DNA of 64,000 bases from the NCBI GenBank assembly GCA_013265495.1, contig MU058687.1:1488001-1552000 (forward strand). Direction: 5' to 3'. Source of the DNA: Vicugna vicugna (lineage: Eukaryota). The notes under the pieces were generated by a model. That model was not told the origin of the DNA. It saw only the letters and a program-made list of their open reading frames with translations, and did no database searches. Shown here in pieces: positions 11,481 to 24,429 of this stretch (positions are counted from its first letter, which is position 1; the number at the start of each line of letters is the position of its first letter). The translations under genes and the position numbers were made by a program.

Positions 11481-12405
11481 GAGTTTCCATTCTGAACCCG
11501 TCTCGTTCTCTTGCCTGCAGAACTGAGACAGCCATCAGAGCCCGTCTCTTGCTGCTCTCCCTTGTTCTCCATCATGGAGCTCTCTGTCCTTTTGCTCCTT
11601 GCCTTCTGGAGCCCTTTGTCTTTGGGAAGCTGGTTGACCTGCATCATTTCAGATTCCAGGAGAGAGGTCATCCCAGACGATCCCTTAGCTCCAAGAACGG
11701 GTTTGGTGTTTAATTTTCCAAGACTTGTGATAGTACTATGCTCCGCGATGATGGGTCTGGCACCTTCCTGCCCCCTCTTCCCCAGCCCTTGGCATGGACT
11801 TCCACCCTCCACGTTTTCCTCCCGGGAATCTCCCCAGGCTCCAGCTCCCATGACCTCCCAGCTGTTCTTGCTGGCTCTCAGCTGCGGGCTACTTGCTCTT
11901 GACTTCCATCCCTACTAGGTAGTGCTCCTGGGACCTGACCCTTTGACCTCTCTTGCTTCTTGAGCTGCCCTCACTCACCTCCGCTTTCTCTTAGCCCCAG
12001 GCCTTGCAGCCTTAGACCGTCTACACTCATCTGCACACCCACCCCTGGCTTCTGATGCCATCCCAGGCCAGCTGTGTGCCAGGGATTTTAGAGCCTCCCT
12101 TCAACTTTTGTTACTATGGACAGGAAGTTCATGATGCAAATCCTAACTTTCTCTTAACCTCTCTTTCTCTTTCATAAAAAATCAATCTTTGCCATTCTAG
12201 GCGGAGATGCTGATTATTGGGCACTTTCTAAGAAGAATAGCCTTTTATAAGTTTGACCCATCAAAGCAAGACCGCTGTTTATTTGTAGTTACTCCCATTA
12301 AACTATGATAATATGTAACAGATTTACATACTGTAAACAAGGGAAGAAAATAAGAGGGAAAAACTTAAGTTACTTCTACCCTTCATTCTTTCAGCTGAAA
12401 TGACT

Positions 12406-12523
12406 TTTTTTTTAAACATTTTTTGTTGAGTTACAGTCAGTTTGCAATATTGTGTCAAATTCCAGGGTAGAGCACAATTTTTCAATTATACACAAACATG
12501 CATATATTCATTGTCACATTTTT
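12406..12523 (-). mobile_element. Short, young 5'-truncated L1 3' end (camelid-like) with a 10-bp TSD
   Basis: Poly-T then ttgagttacagtcagtttgcaatattgtgtcaaattcc...catatattcattgtcaca; TGAAATGACT at 12396-12405 and 12524-12533. Confidence 0.75.
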
Positions 12524-15029
12524 TGAAATGACTCTTCACATTAATATCTCGCCCATTTTCTGGACTTAAAAGTGTTTTGTGGTTTTTCTTTTACTTGGTA
12601 TAGGGCAGCACCCCAAACTATGTGCCTACAGGTCCCTGAGGAAGTCAGAAAAGAGAGATACAGATACTAGATCTTTTCTTTAGATCCACCTGGTTCCTAT
12701 TTCTTTCTAGCTAGCTTTTAGGGAGCTGCATCAAACCACCCCAAATCTTAGGCTCAACAGCAGCTTAGGGTCCACTGTGACCTTCTGAACACTTTCTGTC
12801 TTACTCATGCCTTGACTATCAGTCTCATCTTGGATCTGTGCATTACCCTGTTTTTCTTCGTTGGCTAGTTTCCAAGGTCAGCATCCTGAATTGCCAAAGT
12901 CTTTTTGGATTCCAGGCCTGTCTTTTGAGGCACAAATAGGCCATATGGGTCTCCTGCCGGTGTATAGCGCCTGCTCTTTATTTATGTGTCCCAGTTACTA
13001 ATGGAGACATGGCAGGTGTTTATCTTCCTCATGGACCCCTGGGCCCTGAAGGGAAAACTCCAGGTCCTTCCGTTGAAACTTTTAGTGTATAGTTCTCCTT
13101 TTCCTCTTAAATTGTTTCCGTATGGAACAACTAGTTCGGGAAACGATTTCACCTCTTGTCATCTTTCCTATGTCTTCCTTGAAGTGGGTAAATTCTTCCT
13201 GGCTGTTGTTGTTCCCTGCCACCACCCCCTCCTCCATTTTTTTTATAGATCCCTAAATCACATCAAATTGTTTTATTTTTCAAATCACCAAAAGTTGCCT
13301 TGTAGCCTTGGATCGTCAGCCAGCTCTTTCCAGTTAATGGGGATCCAGTTATGAAAGGCAGCTGCTCCAGCCCCTCCATCTTCTGCCCCCCGCCCCCAGA
13401 GCTGTTTAGGATGACTTCTCACTGGTAAATGTCAGCTGTTGTGGTTGTCTCCTAGGAATGGCATGTGTTAAGGACTTTGTGGTTTGTATCGGAGCAGTTC
13501 GGGGCGCCCTTGACGGGGAAGGAAGGAGAAGGGGATTTTTTGCTTCTGCAGAGGAAAGCCTGGTGCTTGATCCCCTGAGTGAGGCTTGTCATTGGGATGG
13601 GTTCTCAGGGGAGCAGGAATGGCAAGAATTCATAAGGTTGATGCTCCCAGGGTAGGGGGTTGCTCCCTCTGCCAGAGTTGGAGGGGTTCCCACAGTAGCA
13701 GGGAATTCATTATATTTGGGGATCATTTGTTGGTGTCTCATTTATACCATCTGTATGAAAATAAACAGAAGCTGCAAGCCGAGCCTATCATTCCTGGAAC
13801 AGAGTGGGGTCTGGCTTCCATCTCCCAGAGATGGCTTAGGCGGGGAAACAGAGAGAAGCCTCTGGAGGATCTTTCTTGGGGTCTACTGTGGGAACAAATA
13901 ATATGGAGGTGGATAATGAGCATATAAACTTCCAGAGATGGATCTTTACCCCACTCACTGCATTTCGCTCCACTGTGAATTTATCATTTGCTCGTTCCTT
14001 CATTCTTTCATCCGACAAGTATTTGTTGATTAAACTTTCTGTGCCAGAAATGAAGCTAGGCACTGGGGTCATGCAGGGCCACACTCATCCCTCACTGCTA
14101 CTCACTCCCTGAAATCACCTCTTCACTTGCTAAGTGCTGCCTGCGCCCAGCCATGTGGTACATTTTGCCACACATGAGTGGGTCCTTACAGGACAGGGAG
14201 GTTCTGGGGGCTTCTGGCCAAAGAGGGGATTTTGCACTAGATTTTTGCTTAGCTCCATACCTGAGGTGTGGTGCCCTCCTCCCCTGTTAGCGGTTTGTGT
14301 TCAGCTGAAGCACCAGGCATAGAGCATTTTCCAGCCTCCCATCACCTGACCATTTTGATGAGCTCACCTGAACATCCTTCCTGGGGTAACTGACTCCTTG
14401 TAGCATCATTTCAGGTCTAGAAGAGAGGGTTTTGTAGGATTTTTTCCTCTTCTGAGAAAATGTGAGTTTCCTTTGTCAGTTTGGCTCAGGTAGACTGAAA
14501 TCACCCTCCTCTGCCCGCTAAGTGTCCACATGGCTGGGCCCGGGCAGCATTGTGCCACACAGCAGTGAGTCCTTACACTGGCGCCTTTCTTATTCTTCCG
14601 GGAGGAGACCCTGAGAGACCTACAGCTGATCTACCATGCCCCACAGTAGCCTCCTGCCCTCTCTGCATTGCAGGCCTGGCTTGGAAGATGGAAGAGGTGA
14701 CTTTCTTGCTGACCTTGGTTTCCAGTCCAGCTCAGGCTTAAGGAGGGTCACAGCACATTGACCAATCACATACGAGAGGTCCCAAGGACCATTTCTATGT
14801 CTGGACCCCCACCCAGGATTCCATGGAGTTATTCAGGGAACTTCCTAAATCAAGATCTCCATGGGAGACATAGTAGAGGGTCCTTTGTGCAAGAGAATGA
14901 TCTGCCATTAGGGGCTAATGTCTGAAAGTCCACCATTAGAAGGTCATTCCTTCTGCATTGACATCTCTTGGACCCTCAAAGGGAAGCAAAAAGGGCAAGG
15001 TAGGAAAGTTTGGCTTCTAAAATCCAGGG

Positions 15030-15135
15030 ACCAGGAGTCCAGCCCTGGCTCTGTCCTTCTCTAGCTGTGTGACCTTGGGCAAGTCATTTAACCTCTCTGA
15101 GCTTCAATTTCCTCATGTGCAAAATGAGGATGTGG
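15030..15135 (+). mobile_element. MIR SINE
   Basis: ctagctgtgtgaccttgggcaagtcatttaacctctctgagcttcaatttcctcat. Confidence 0.8.
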
Positions 15136-16073
15136 TTTAGATGAGCACAGGGCCCCCTCCAGTTTAAGACTATAACTTGATGTGAATGAGTCTCAGATCC
15201 TTTTCTGAGATGGCCCAGGGGACTCTGGGTGGTAAGGAAGGGGAGAAAGGATGTGGGGTGGGAAGGAGGGGCTGAGGCACCAGGTGCGGGAGGTGAAGCA
15301 GGTAGAGCGCAGATGAAAGGGCCTGGGGCACTGAATGTAAACTTGGCGCAGGGCGGGGAGCTGTGTGCAAATGGCTTCATGGCAGATGTGGCTGGTGCTG
15401 AGGATGAAGGGCAGGTCCACTGTCTCGTAAGCACCTTCCTTTAAAGAAAGTGATGTTAGTGGAAGTCTTTGTGGTTTGAGGGTGCAAATCACTCACATGA
15501 GCTTCTCCCTTCAGAGTGCGGAACCCATTGTGAAAGAAACATGGAGCTGAATGGGAACAAGTTTCACCTTTAAAAGTGAGATGGCGGTGGAGAATGCAGC
15601 TTGTGCTTGTGGCCCAAATGAACTCCCTAACATGCCCCTCTCTTGAAATCTAGATGTGAGAATCTGGATGGGGGCAGGGGGTTTGGGTCACCCTCCAGGG
15701 CCGCTCTTGTGGGAAGCAGAGAACCCAAGACGACATGGTCATATGATTGCATTAACTGCCCAGCAAAGGCACGTGGTCTGATGGACATCACATCTCCCGT
15801 CTCACCGAGTTCACCCCTCTCCGTGGGAAGAGAGAGTGAAGACAGAAGAATAGGTCAAAACTTCTCCCCCAGGATTTCCAAGACAGATGAGGTTTTGAGT
15901 TTATGGCCCTGTGCAGAGAGATGGGAAGGGGGAGAAATTATTTTCTTTACAGAACTAGAATCCAGGAGCAGCTTTGTACTAAAATGCTACAAGTCTGCTT
16001 AGAAGCAAAGGCTGTGTGCAGATGATCTCCACAGCATTCGCAGTGCCTTCTGGATCAGAGTAGGTGGTCAATC

Positions 16074-16107
16074 GGATGGATGGATGGATGGATGGATGGA
16101 TGGATGG
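16074..16107. repeat. (GGAT)8 microsatellite
   Basis: Perfect tetranucleotide repeat. Confidence 0.95.
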
Positions 16108-17067
16108 GTCGGAGCCCTGTAAGTGACCAGAAAGTCTGACTTTATTGGCAGACAAGCTCTCTTCCCTGCCATGTGTGCCTTGAAGTGATCATTTCTTACC
16201 TATGAACTTCCCCCAGTAAAAAGAAGGAAGAAGAAAGAATCCCCTTGGTGTTGACCTCTCTAATTTATCTTTCATGCTTGAATCTGTCTTCCTTTGCAAA
16301 CCTTCTGGGTCTGGCAGAGCTAGAATATGTGTTCGCTCCGAGAGTGAAGAGCCTATGGAGGACTTTTCTGGTACTGGGCTCTATGGGGGAAGCACGTGCT
16401 AATTTATTCCATCTCCTTTGCTTCAGTCTTTTCCTCAGAGATGCCAGATGCACACACTCACTTTTAACTTAGATTTGCTTCATCTCATATTCAGGGTGTC
16501 TTAACAAGTATGCAGAATGGGTTGTGTGATTTGAGGGGAGGCACCATGCCAGCCCCAAAATAGCTCCCTCTTAAACAGGTGCAAAGGTGCTTGAGATGCC
16601 TCCATCCTGATCCATTTTCTTCAGAGGCAGTGTGCTGCAGTCTAAATGCAGCTCCTCCAGTTTTAACTGTACAGTCTTGAGAGAGTTCTCTTTCTAAGCC
16701 TCGGCTTCTCCCTCTGTGTCATGGGCTCTGACCCAGTCTGATAGGGCTGATTGAAGGATTACTGCAGTGCCGAGCACATAGCAAATGCTGACTCAGTGTG
16801 ACTTATGCTTGGGGTAGGCATTGCTGATGTGCCAAGGATAACCTTTGGGTGAATTAATTGATCAAGTTTCTCTCAAGAACAGAATGAACTTAAGGGCAGG
16901 AAGAGCACCTTCAGGTGGGGAAAGGGTTTAGGGGAATATGGGTGAAAGAAAGGATGAGGTCCTGGCAAGACCTGGGGATGTAAGCCCCTCATGGAACCTG
17001 TCATCCGGCTAACAGTGCTGGTCCTGCTCTTCTGCCCCCTCCAGGCTGGACTGCCGCTCCTCCTGCT

Positions 17068-17268
17068 ATGATGCCTGGGCAGATCCCAGACCCTTCCGTG
17101 ACTGCGGGCTCTCTGCCAGGGCTTGGCCCCCTGACCGGACTCCCCAGCTCGGCTCTGACCGCGGAGGAGCTGAAATACGCCGACATCCGCAACATTGGGG
17201 CCATGATCGCCCCTTTGCACTTCCTGGAGGTGAAACTGGGCAAGAGGCCCCAACCCGTGAAAAGTGAG
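17068..17268 (+). CDS. JDP2: JDP2 coding exon 1 (aa 1-67, MMPGQIPDPSVTAGSLPGLGPL...KRPQPVKSE); the exon begins at 17045 with 23 nt of 5' UTR
   Basis: Translation matches the JDP2 N-terminus. Pyrimidine tract plus acceptor ccag|G at 17044/17045; donor GAG|gtgagc at 17268/17269; 201 nt, phase 0. Contains the VKSE SUMO consensus (K65). Confidence 0.98.
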
Positions 17269-17361
17269 GTGAGCAAGCCTTGTTCCCCCAGGCAGGATCC
17301 CAGGGTAGGACGCCTGAGTTAGTGTCCCGGGTCCAGCCCTAAACTCACTGTGTGACCTAAG

Positions 17362-17530
17362 CGTTGCTGTTTAATGTGGGGTCTGAGGACGAGTAGCATC
17401 CATGTCACCTCGCAGTTTATTAGAAGTACAGAATCTTAGGCCTCACACCAGACCTTCTGAATCAGAATCTGCATTTTAACAAGCTGACCCAGGGAATTCA
17501 TGGCCATGTTAACATTTGAGAAGCATGAGG
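17362..17530. mobile_element. MER5A-like hAT-Charlie DNA transposon
   Basis: cagaatcttaggcctcacaccagaccttctgaatcagaatctgcattttaacaag...tttgagaagca. Confidence 0.75.
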
Positions 17531-20500
17531 TTAGGGCAGGATGCTGACCTTGTCTCTGGTTCTTCAAGGGGCAAGGAAAGAGTGATTAATAATAGAAATA
17601 CTGAATAATAATATTTGGTCCTCTCTCTGGGGTGTTGGGGCAATCAAGGGAGATAATGGAGATGTGCACATGCTTTGAAAAGTATACAAAGCAACGCCAG
17701 TCTTGGGTTATCTTTAAAAATTATTATCATTAGTCACATCATTGCCTGTATCACTCTTGGCCCCATGTTGGAGCTGAAAGCAGGAACTTGGAGGAGGGGT
17801 GGTGTGGGATCCCTTCCCAAGCCGCTGCCAGAGCTGGACTTGACCTCAGTCGCTCAGCATCGCCTACCTCAGCTAGTGTTTGCAGGGGACCCACACATGG
17901 AGACGCCCTCCTTGGGTCCCTTGCAGCTGCAGCTCTCCTGAAGAGTAGCTTTTCCCTGGGGACTGGTGAGAAGCAGAGGTCCCCAGCATGGGTGAGCATC
18001 TGTGCTGGGCCCTGCCCCCAGTCACTTCCCCAGGGCTGATGATTTGTCCAAAGTTCTGATCCAGTGAGAACCGCAGCAGGGCCATTTCTTCAGAGGCCAA
18101 ACAGGATAGCTGCCCACCTGGAAGGGAGGAGGAGCTGGTGCTGGGAGCTGGAGAGGTGGCTGGGTGGGGAGGGCTGGTTGGAAGCATCTGAGTGTCAGGT
18201 GCTGGACCGCTCAACAGGGAGGGAGCATTCACAGGTAAAGGCACACCTGGAGCGGGGCTCATCCTGTAGGATGGAGCTCGTATGGCTGGACATTTCTGAG
18301 AGAGGGACTCTTGAGTGGAAAGAGGTGTCTGGGTACCCACAGGGTATTTTATGCCATTCCTGCTCTCCTCTCCTCTCCCCATGAATACCATCAAGACTGC
18401 ACACAAGGGCCGCCGGGGGCACAGACCAGGATGGTACACTGGCCGTTGGCAGATTGGCTGTGGCTCTCAGATGTGTTTTGTTAGGCCTGTGCAGTGTTTT
18501 AAAAGAAGCTTGAACCAACATTTCATTTGAAAATTGGGATTTTAATCTTTGATTACAAAATAGGAAGATCTGGCCGCACGCACGGTGCCCTGGTCACTTC
18601 TTTCCTGTGTCCAGTCTGCCACGGGCCCCCGCAGCGCCCCGCTACCCTTGATTCTGCCTACACTGTCGGGCTTGCTCTCTGTCATCACCAGCTAGCTGCC
18701 TTCATTTACCTCGGACTGCATGGCCCCTGCCGTAGGCATTTGCGCTGGGGACACCTGGATTAGGGGCACTGTAGATGCCCACTAAAGACTGGTGATCACA
18801 AGATGAGAGTTGACGGTAATTAGATTCTTCTGAATTGGTTTTGTAAAACCAGCGTGCTGTCAGTAGCACTCCCTGGCTTAGTTAGTGCTCTGCTTCTTTT
18901 ATTATGGAGAGCCCTTGTCTTTGGTTTCTCTGCTTTTCACCTTCCCAGGCCCAGAACTTGAAAGCCCCTGTCTCTGGGTGACTCCTCAGTACTTAAAACC
19001 ATTTAAAACCAGCAGCTGAGCAGGTTCACTGGGGTACCGAGGCTGTGGGATTGATGGAGTCAGGTGCCTTGGTCAGGGGCTGGCCCAGCGGGGCTCTGCC
19101 TGGTGGCGGCGGCTCGGTTATCGCCTCTTCCCCGTGCGGAAGGCGCTGGGGGAGATTGCTTGCTTGCTTTTGGAAAAGGCCTTTATTTGGATGGAGTATT
19201 TTTACATCCACAGCCTCCCCCAAAGTGGTGGCATATGCCCTGTACCTGACAGTGACGTGCCATCCTCACAGGCACCCACAAACACGCACCATCCAGGCTG
19301 TGAAAATAACAAGCCATTTTTAGGGTGTATTTGCATGTCCTTTCCCTCGCTGTCAGACTGCAGCGTTGTGGGGGCGTCGAGGCAGATGGAGCCACGTAAG
19401 AAGTGCTGGCACAGAGTCACAGCCTGGCACTGGGGTCTGACCTGCACTGCTCTGGGTCAGACCCAGGGCGGGCAGGGGGCTTGTTCCTAAAGTTCCTAAC
19501 TGAAAAAGAAAGCAGGTGGAAAGAGAAACTTACATGGAGAACTTTACATCCCAAAGACTTATTTGCATATGGCAAACTGCCTTTGGTGGATTTTCACATT
19601 GGCATTTTGGACTAGTAAAAGTCTCTTGATTAATAATAAGATAAAGCTCACATTTATTAAGCATTTAATATGTAGCAGGTCCCGGTGGGAAGTGCTTAAC
19701 ACGTGGGATCTCGTTTATTCCTTACCTGATCCTGGTGACTGGGTTCTCCCCCATCTTAAGGAAGAGGAATTTGATGTCCCGGGAGGAGGAAGTCAAGTCA
19801 CTCAGGGTCACATGGCTGGAGAGTGGCAGAGCTGGGCCCTGCGTGGGGGTGACGATGTTGCTATAACAGTGGTGTGTGCGCCAGGCACAGTTCTGGGTGC
19901 TGTCTGTGAAGTATGTCATTGAACTCACCCAAGAACCCTTCTGAGGTCATTATTATTCATTATTATTACTGTTGTTATTGTTAGGCGCACATTATGGATG
20001 AGGGTCAACAAGGCTCGGGGACGTCCAAGGTCACATAGCTAGGAAACGAGCCCAGGCAGTCTGACTTTTCAGCCAAAGCTTTTAACCTTATGCTGTGCTG
20101 CCTCCTGTGCTCTCTGCCTGCCTTCCAGGCTTCTAATCAGCGCTCTCTGGGGCTGGGGAGGCGGGATGAAGCTGGCCCCGGAATGCTCCATCATTTTGAT
20201 GACATGGCCCCATTAGCGCTGAGCCCGGCAGTTCTGCAGCCGGATCATCTCCCAGGCCCCCGGAGGGAGGACGGGCCAAGCCGCTCTGCAGCCAGCTCTG
20301 TCCGAGCCGGTCTTGGGCTGTCCGCCTTGCAGAGGCCAGCAGTCACTTGGGCCGTGTCCACATACATGAAGCAGTTGGGTGAAAGAAAATCGGAGGAATT
20401 ATGTTAAAGGACAGATTTTGTAAATGATAAAGTGCTTTGTGCTGATGTTGTTATTATATAGTTGACACATCACGTTAAACTATTTCACTGCCATCTGCTT

Positions 20501-21309
20501 GCCTGCAGTCAATTCGTCCAACAGATACTTGATAAGCACTTATCATGTGCCTAGCACTGTGCCAGACACTGGGAACGAAATCATACAAAGCCTCCCCTCC
20601 TCCTACCCTTCTCTGGGACTATGTATTGTAGTGGGGACATCCCAAAACAAGCAAATTCATATACACAATAAAAGGCCAGCTAGTGGTCAGTATCGTGAAG
20701 GAAAACTAAACAGACCACGTGGGCGGTGAGTGGCCGAACTGCTCACCGTGATGCCTGGCTAGGGAACCTGAGCATGTTATATTCTGAGTTTATGGGATTT
20801 TTAGAGCCAGTGCTTCTCTCTTGCCTCTTTGTTCTTCTGTCCTTTTCAAGTACTCCTTTTCAAGACAGCTCTGCTCTCTGGCTTTCTCCAGAGCTTTCCT
20901 TCCTTCCTTCACTTTTTGTTCTGCAGCCCCTTAGAGTTGGACTTCTCCACCAAACACTCTGTTGTCCTGGAGATCTCGGCCCTTCCTGTGTGGGTCATCT
21001 CCGAGTGGGCTGCTGTGGTTGCAGGGGCCACGCCCTGCCTCTGGGCCTGGAATGCATTTCCAGAAGTGGGGGAGGGAGGCCAGAAGCCCCGCCCTTGCAC
21101 ACACATGCACACACACAAACACACACCAAGTACTTACTTAACAACCTGCTAAATGGGACCCCTCATCCTCTGTGCCACCCTGCAGTGCTCTAGAGGGGAC
21201 TTAAGTTCAAGGGAGGTTGGCCTGGATGACCTTTTAAGAAAGAGGTTGCAAACCATCATTCCATGGGCAGGAGTCAGCCTACAGATGAAATTTGGCCCTT
21301 ACAGTGTGG

Positions 21310-21445
21310 TTTTCTTTCGTTCTTTCTTTTGTACAGTGTGGGTTTCTTTTCTTTCTTTCCTTTTTTCCTTCCTTTCTTCTTTGTTTCTCTCTCTTTCTTT
21401 CCTTTTCCTCCCTTCCTTCCTTCCTTTCTCTCTCTCTTTTTTTAA
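21310..21445. repeat. CT-rich low-complexity / (CTTC,CTTT)n tract
   Basis: About 130 bp almost entirely of pyrimidines. Confidence 0.9.
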
Positions 21446-23188
21446 TTCAATGAATCACTATATGTAAAAGTCGGAAAATGTGGACTTTGGGGCTTCTTTA
21501 AAAAACCCAGACTGTCTGGCTACTCTAGGCCCACACCCTTATATGCACCGCAAAGCTGGAACTGAGCAGCAGACATTCACTGAATTGGCGTGCGATCCTC
21601 AGTTCTCCACAGTCCCCACTGCTCCCTGATGCCTTCTCCCCAGCCCATTTCATGCTCTCTGTGTCACCAGCCTGCTTTTGAGTTTGTGTCTTGTGTTTAT
21701 ATCCTAAGGACGGTGCCTGCAACTCCCATTCCTTTTTACTTCTTCAAGACAGTGGACACAGCCTTGCCTATAGGCTGTATGTTTAACACAGGCTTGTTGG
21801 TTGGAACATTAATTAGCTATGTCAACTCAGTAAGTCACTTAAATTTTCTGTCCCTTGATTTTGATGTCTCCCAGTTCTTACCTCCAAGCATCTGTCCATT
21901 TGTTTTTCTATTTCTGAATATAAGTAAGCTCAGACAGAAGACAAGAGGACACCGTGAAAATCAGACCAACCATTCCCAAACTTGGTTGATCATCAAAGCC
22001 ACTTGAAAACTTCTTATGAATACAGGTTTCCAGACCCCACCTTGGGCCGATGGACTCAGAATCTCTGAGGGCGGAGTCCATGGGATCTGATCTGTAGGCC
22101 CATTTGGAAACCTGACTGTCTGTTTATACCTGTCCTCGGGCTCTTCCCTCCTGTCGGGGCGCATCCTGAGGGTTTCCCCTTGAGGAACCAGTGTGTGCGT
22201 TCCATCGCGGACCGCCTTTCCAGCATGTGGTGACTGGATCCTTGTCCTCGTGTCATCTTTGGAGCAGCTGATTGGGGATTTCACACTGGTCACTTCCCAA
22301 CTTCTCCAGGGGGCCCTAGAGAACATTTAGAAGGTTTTCACCTGTGGAAGAAGTGGGCCTTTGAATCCATGGACTGTTATCTTCAAAGTGAGCCTTTGAA
22401 GGTGTGCTCACTCTCAGACTTTGCTCACCAGAAAGACCAAAATGTTCATCCATGTTTAGCCTGAGCACAAAAAGTTGCCCCAAACCAGCTGATGTGCTGG
22501 GTAAATGTTGGCGTAAGCAAGCTTGTGTTTTTAGTGATTTAAAACAAAAAGGCAGCCCACTGACATTTTTTAGCAAGCCTTGCATAATTGCTTTTTAATT
22601 TGTGGCTCTTTGGAATAGCATTGGCCTTCTTCCCTCTGACTCAGATGCTTTTTCTGTCTCATACTTGTTTGGCAGAGAGATCCAATCTGTCTCTTCTTGG
22701 AATAGAATCTCCCAACTCATCTTTGAAATCCTGAATTTCCACTTTAGTTCCGTCACTTTGTTAGCACATTTTCGAAGGCTGTTAGCTTTTTTTTTCCCCC
22801 TTTAATAGTTTAATTTGAGGGAGAATGAGTGATAGCCAAAGGCAGCGCTGCATGTGTTTAACTTTGGCCCCTGTAGTATTGAGTCTTATTTGATACCATA
22901 CCCCAGGCATTCACAAGGGTTCTGAACCTCTTATTTAACATCATGGGTTGGTCACACCCGTTGTTGTTCTAGCGCTGGATCCCTTGGAGAGATGGTGTTG
23001 GGGACATGGCTGGATCTGTATATTCTTAGTAGAAATCAGACACTTCTAAAAAGTTCAAGGAGTCCTGTGCTGCCTTCTTAGATCTCTGTCTTAAGACGGG
23101 GGTAATAGCACCTACCTCCTAGTGTTGTTGTAAATAAAAATGAACGAATGCAGGCAAAGAAGGGCTTCACATGATGCCTGGCACTTAA

Positions 23189-23231
23189 TAAGATACACAA
23201 CAAATGTAAGATACACAACAAATGTAAGATA
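23189..23231. repeat. 18-bp tandem duplication (TAAGATACACAACAAATG x2.4) in a MIR tail
   Basis: Two exact copies plus a partial third. Confidence 0.9.
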
Positions 23232-24429
23232 TAATGGTGATTATTTTTCAAATGTGTCGATCAGGCAAGTTAGTTTTAATAATTGATTCAAAAACTGTTC
23301 CTTGGGCTGTCATTTGCTTGAGGGATTTTGCCTTTGGAGGTGGTGAGTGGTGAATACTCAGGTATTTTGAGGTGTCCAGGTGTCATGGGAGCAGGGCATT
23401 GTCCTGGCTTCCTAACCAGACAGGCTGCTTCTGGGCTTGGGTTCAAGCTTCTGGATTCAAAACGTGGCTCTAAAGAATTAAAAAAATAGAGAGAGAGAAA
23501 AAAATCTGGCTCCATCACCTACTTCCTCTACAAGCTGGGACAAATCAGCTGGTCTTTTTTGGGTGCAATTTTCTCATCTGTATAAGGAGGAAAATCAAAT
23601 TCATGGAATTTCATTATGAAGATGAAGAAAGGCACGGTGTACAAAGGTAACCTTGACTGCAGTCAAGGTTCTGGATGTTTATATGGTTTAGATGCAGCCA
23701 GAGTTTTAGTTACCTTCACAAACTGTCAATGAGAGACCCTCAACCCTCTGGGTTTCCCTAAGCAGCCCTGTGGGGCCCTTTATGTTGTTTCCTGTGGTGT
23801 TAAGATCACTGCTAGATTCCCAGGAACCCTCAGTTTTGTGAGCAGCTCTGTGAAATGGCCCGTCTGTCAATGAAGGTCATCTTCCTTTGGTGTCCCCAGA
23901 TCCGCTGGCAGTGTGGACTCAGCGCTGGGAAACTGAATCCTCTCATGAGTCCTCCTCTGGTTGAAGGACTCTGGGGCCAGCCAAGTCTCTTTCCCCTCTT
24001 GTGCCCAAAAGACACCAGACGACCTCACCTGAGGTTGGAGCTCTGAGACCTAGAAGGACATTTGGGCAGATTCGAGCAGGCTGCAGAGATACTTGGAATA
24101 AGTTCAGTGGGCTTCCTCTCGATTTACTGACCCCACAAGGCTGCCATCCTGCCCCACTTGGGGCTCATTGACTGTGCCCTGCTTTTTGGCTGCAGGGTCC
24201 TCCTTAACTAAGCACAGTGCATATGCATGTTCTGGGTGACAAGCTCCTCCACAGTTTGCTTCCATGGCCCTTCTCCTTGCCCTCCTTCCACCCCCCACCA
24301 ATAAGAAACCTTGGCTCTTTGGAAGCTAGGTCACCAAGCAGGACCACTGCATTGGAACAGTTTGGCTCTGGAGAGGTTTCAAACATTTGAGTGTCAACTT
24401 CCTCCCTTATAAAAATGGAAGGATGGTAG

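Noticed and set aside
12131..12141. Overlapping CARE/octamer ATGATGCAAAT in intron 1
   Set aside because: An isolated 8-mer match is expected about twice by chance, and there is no supporting context.
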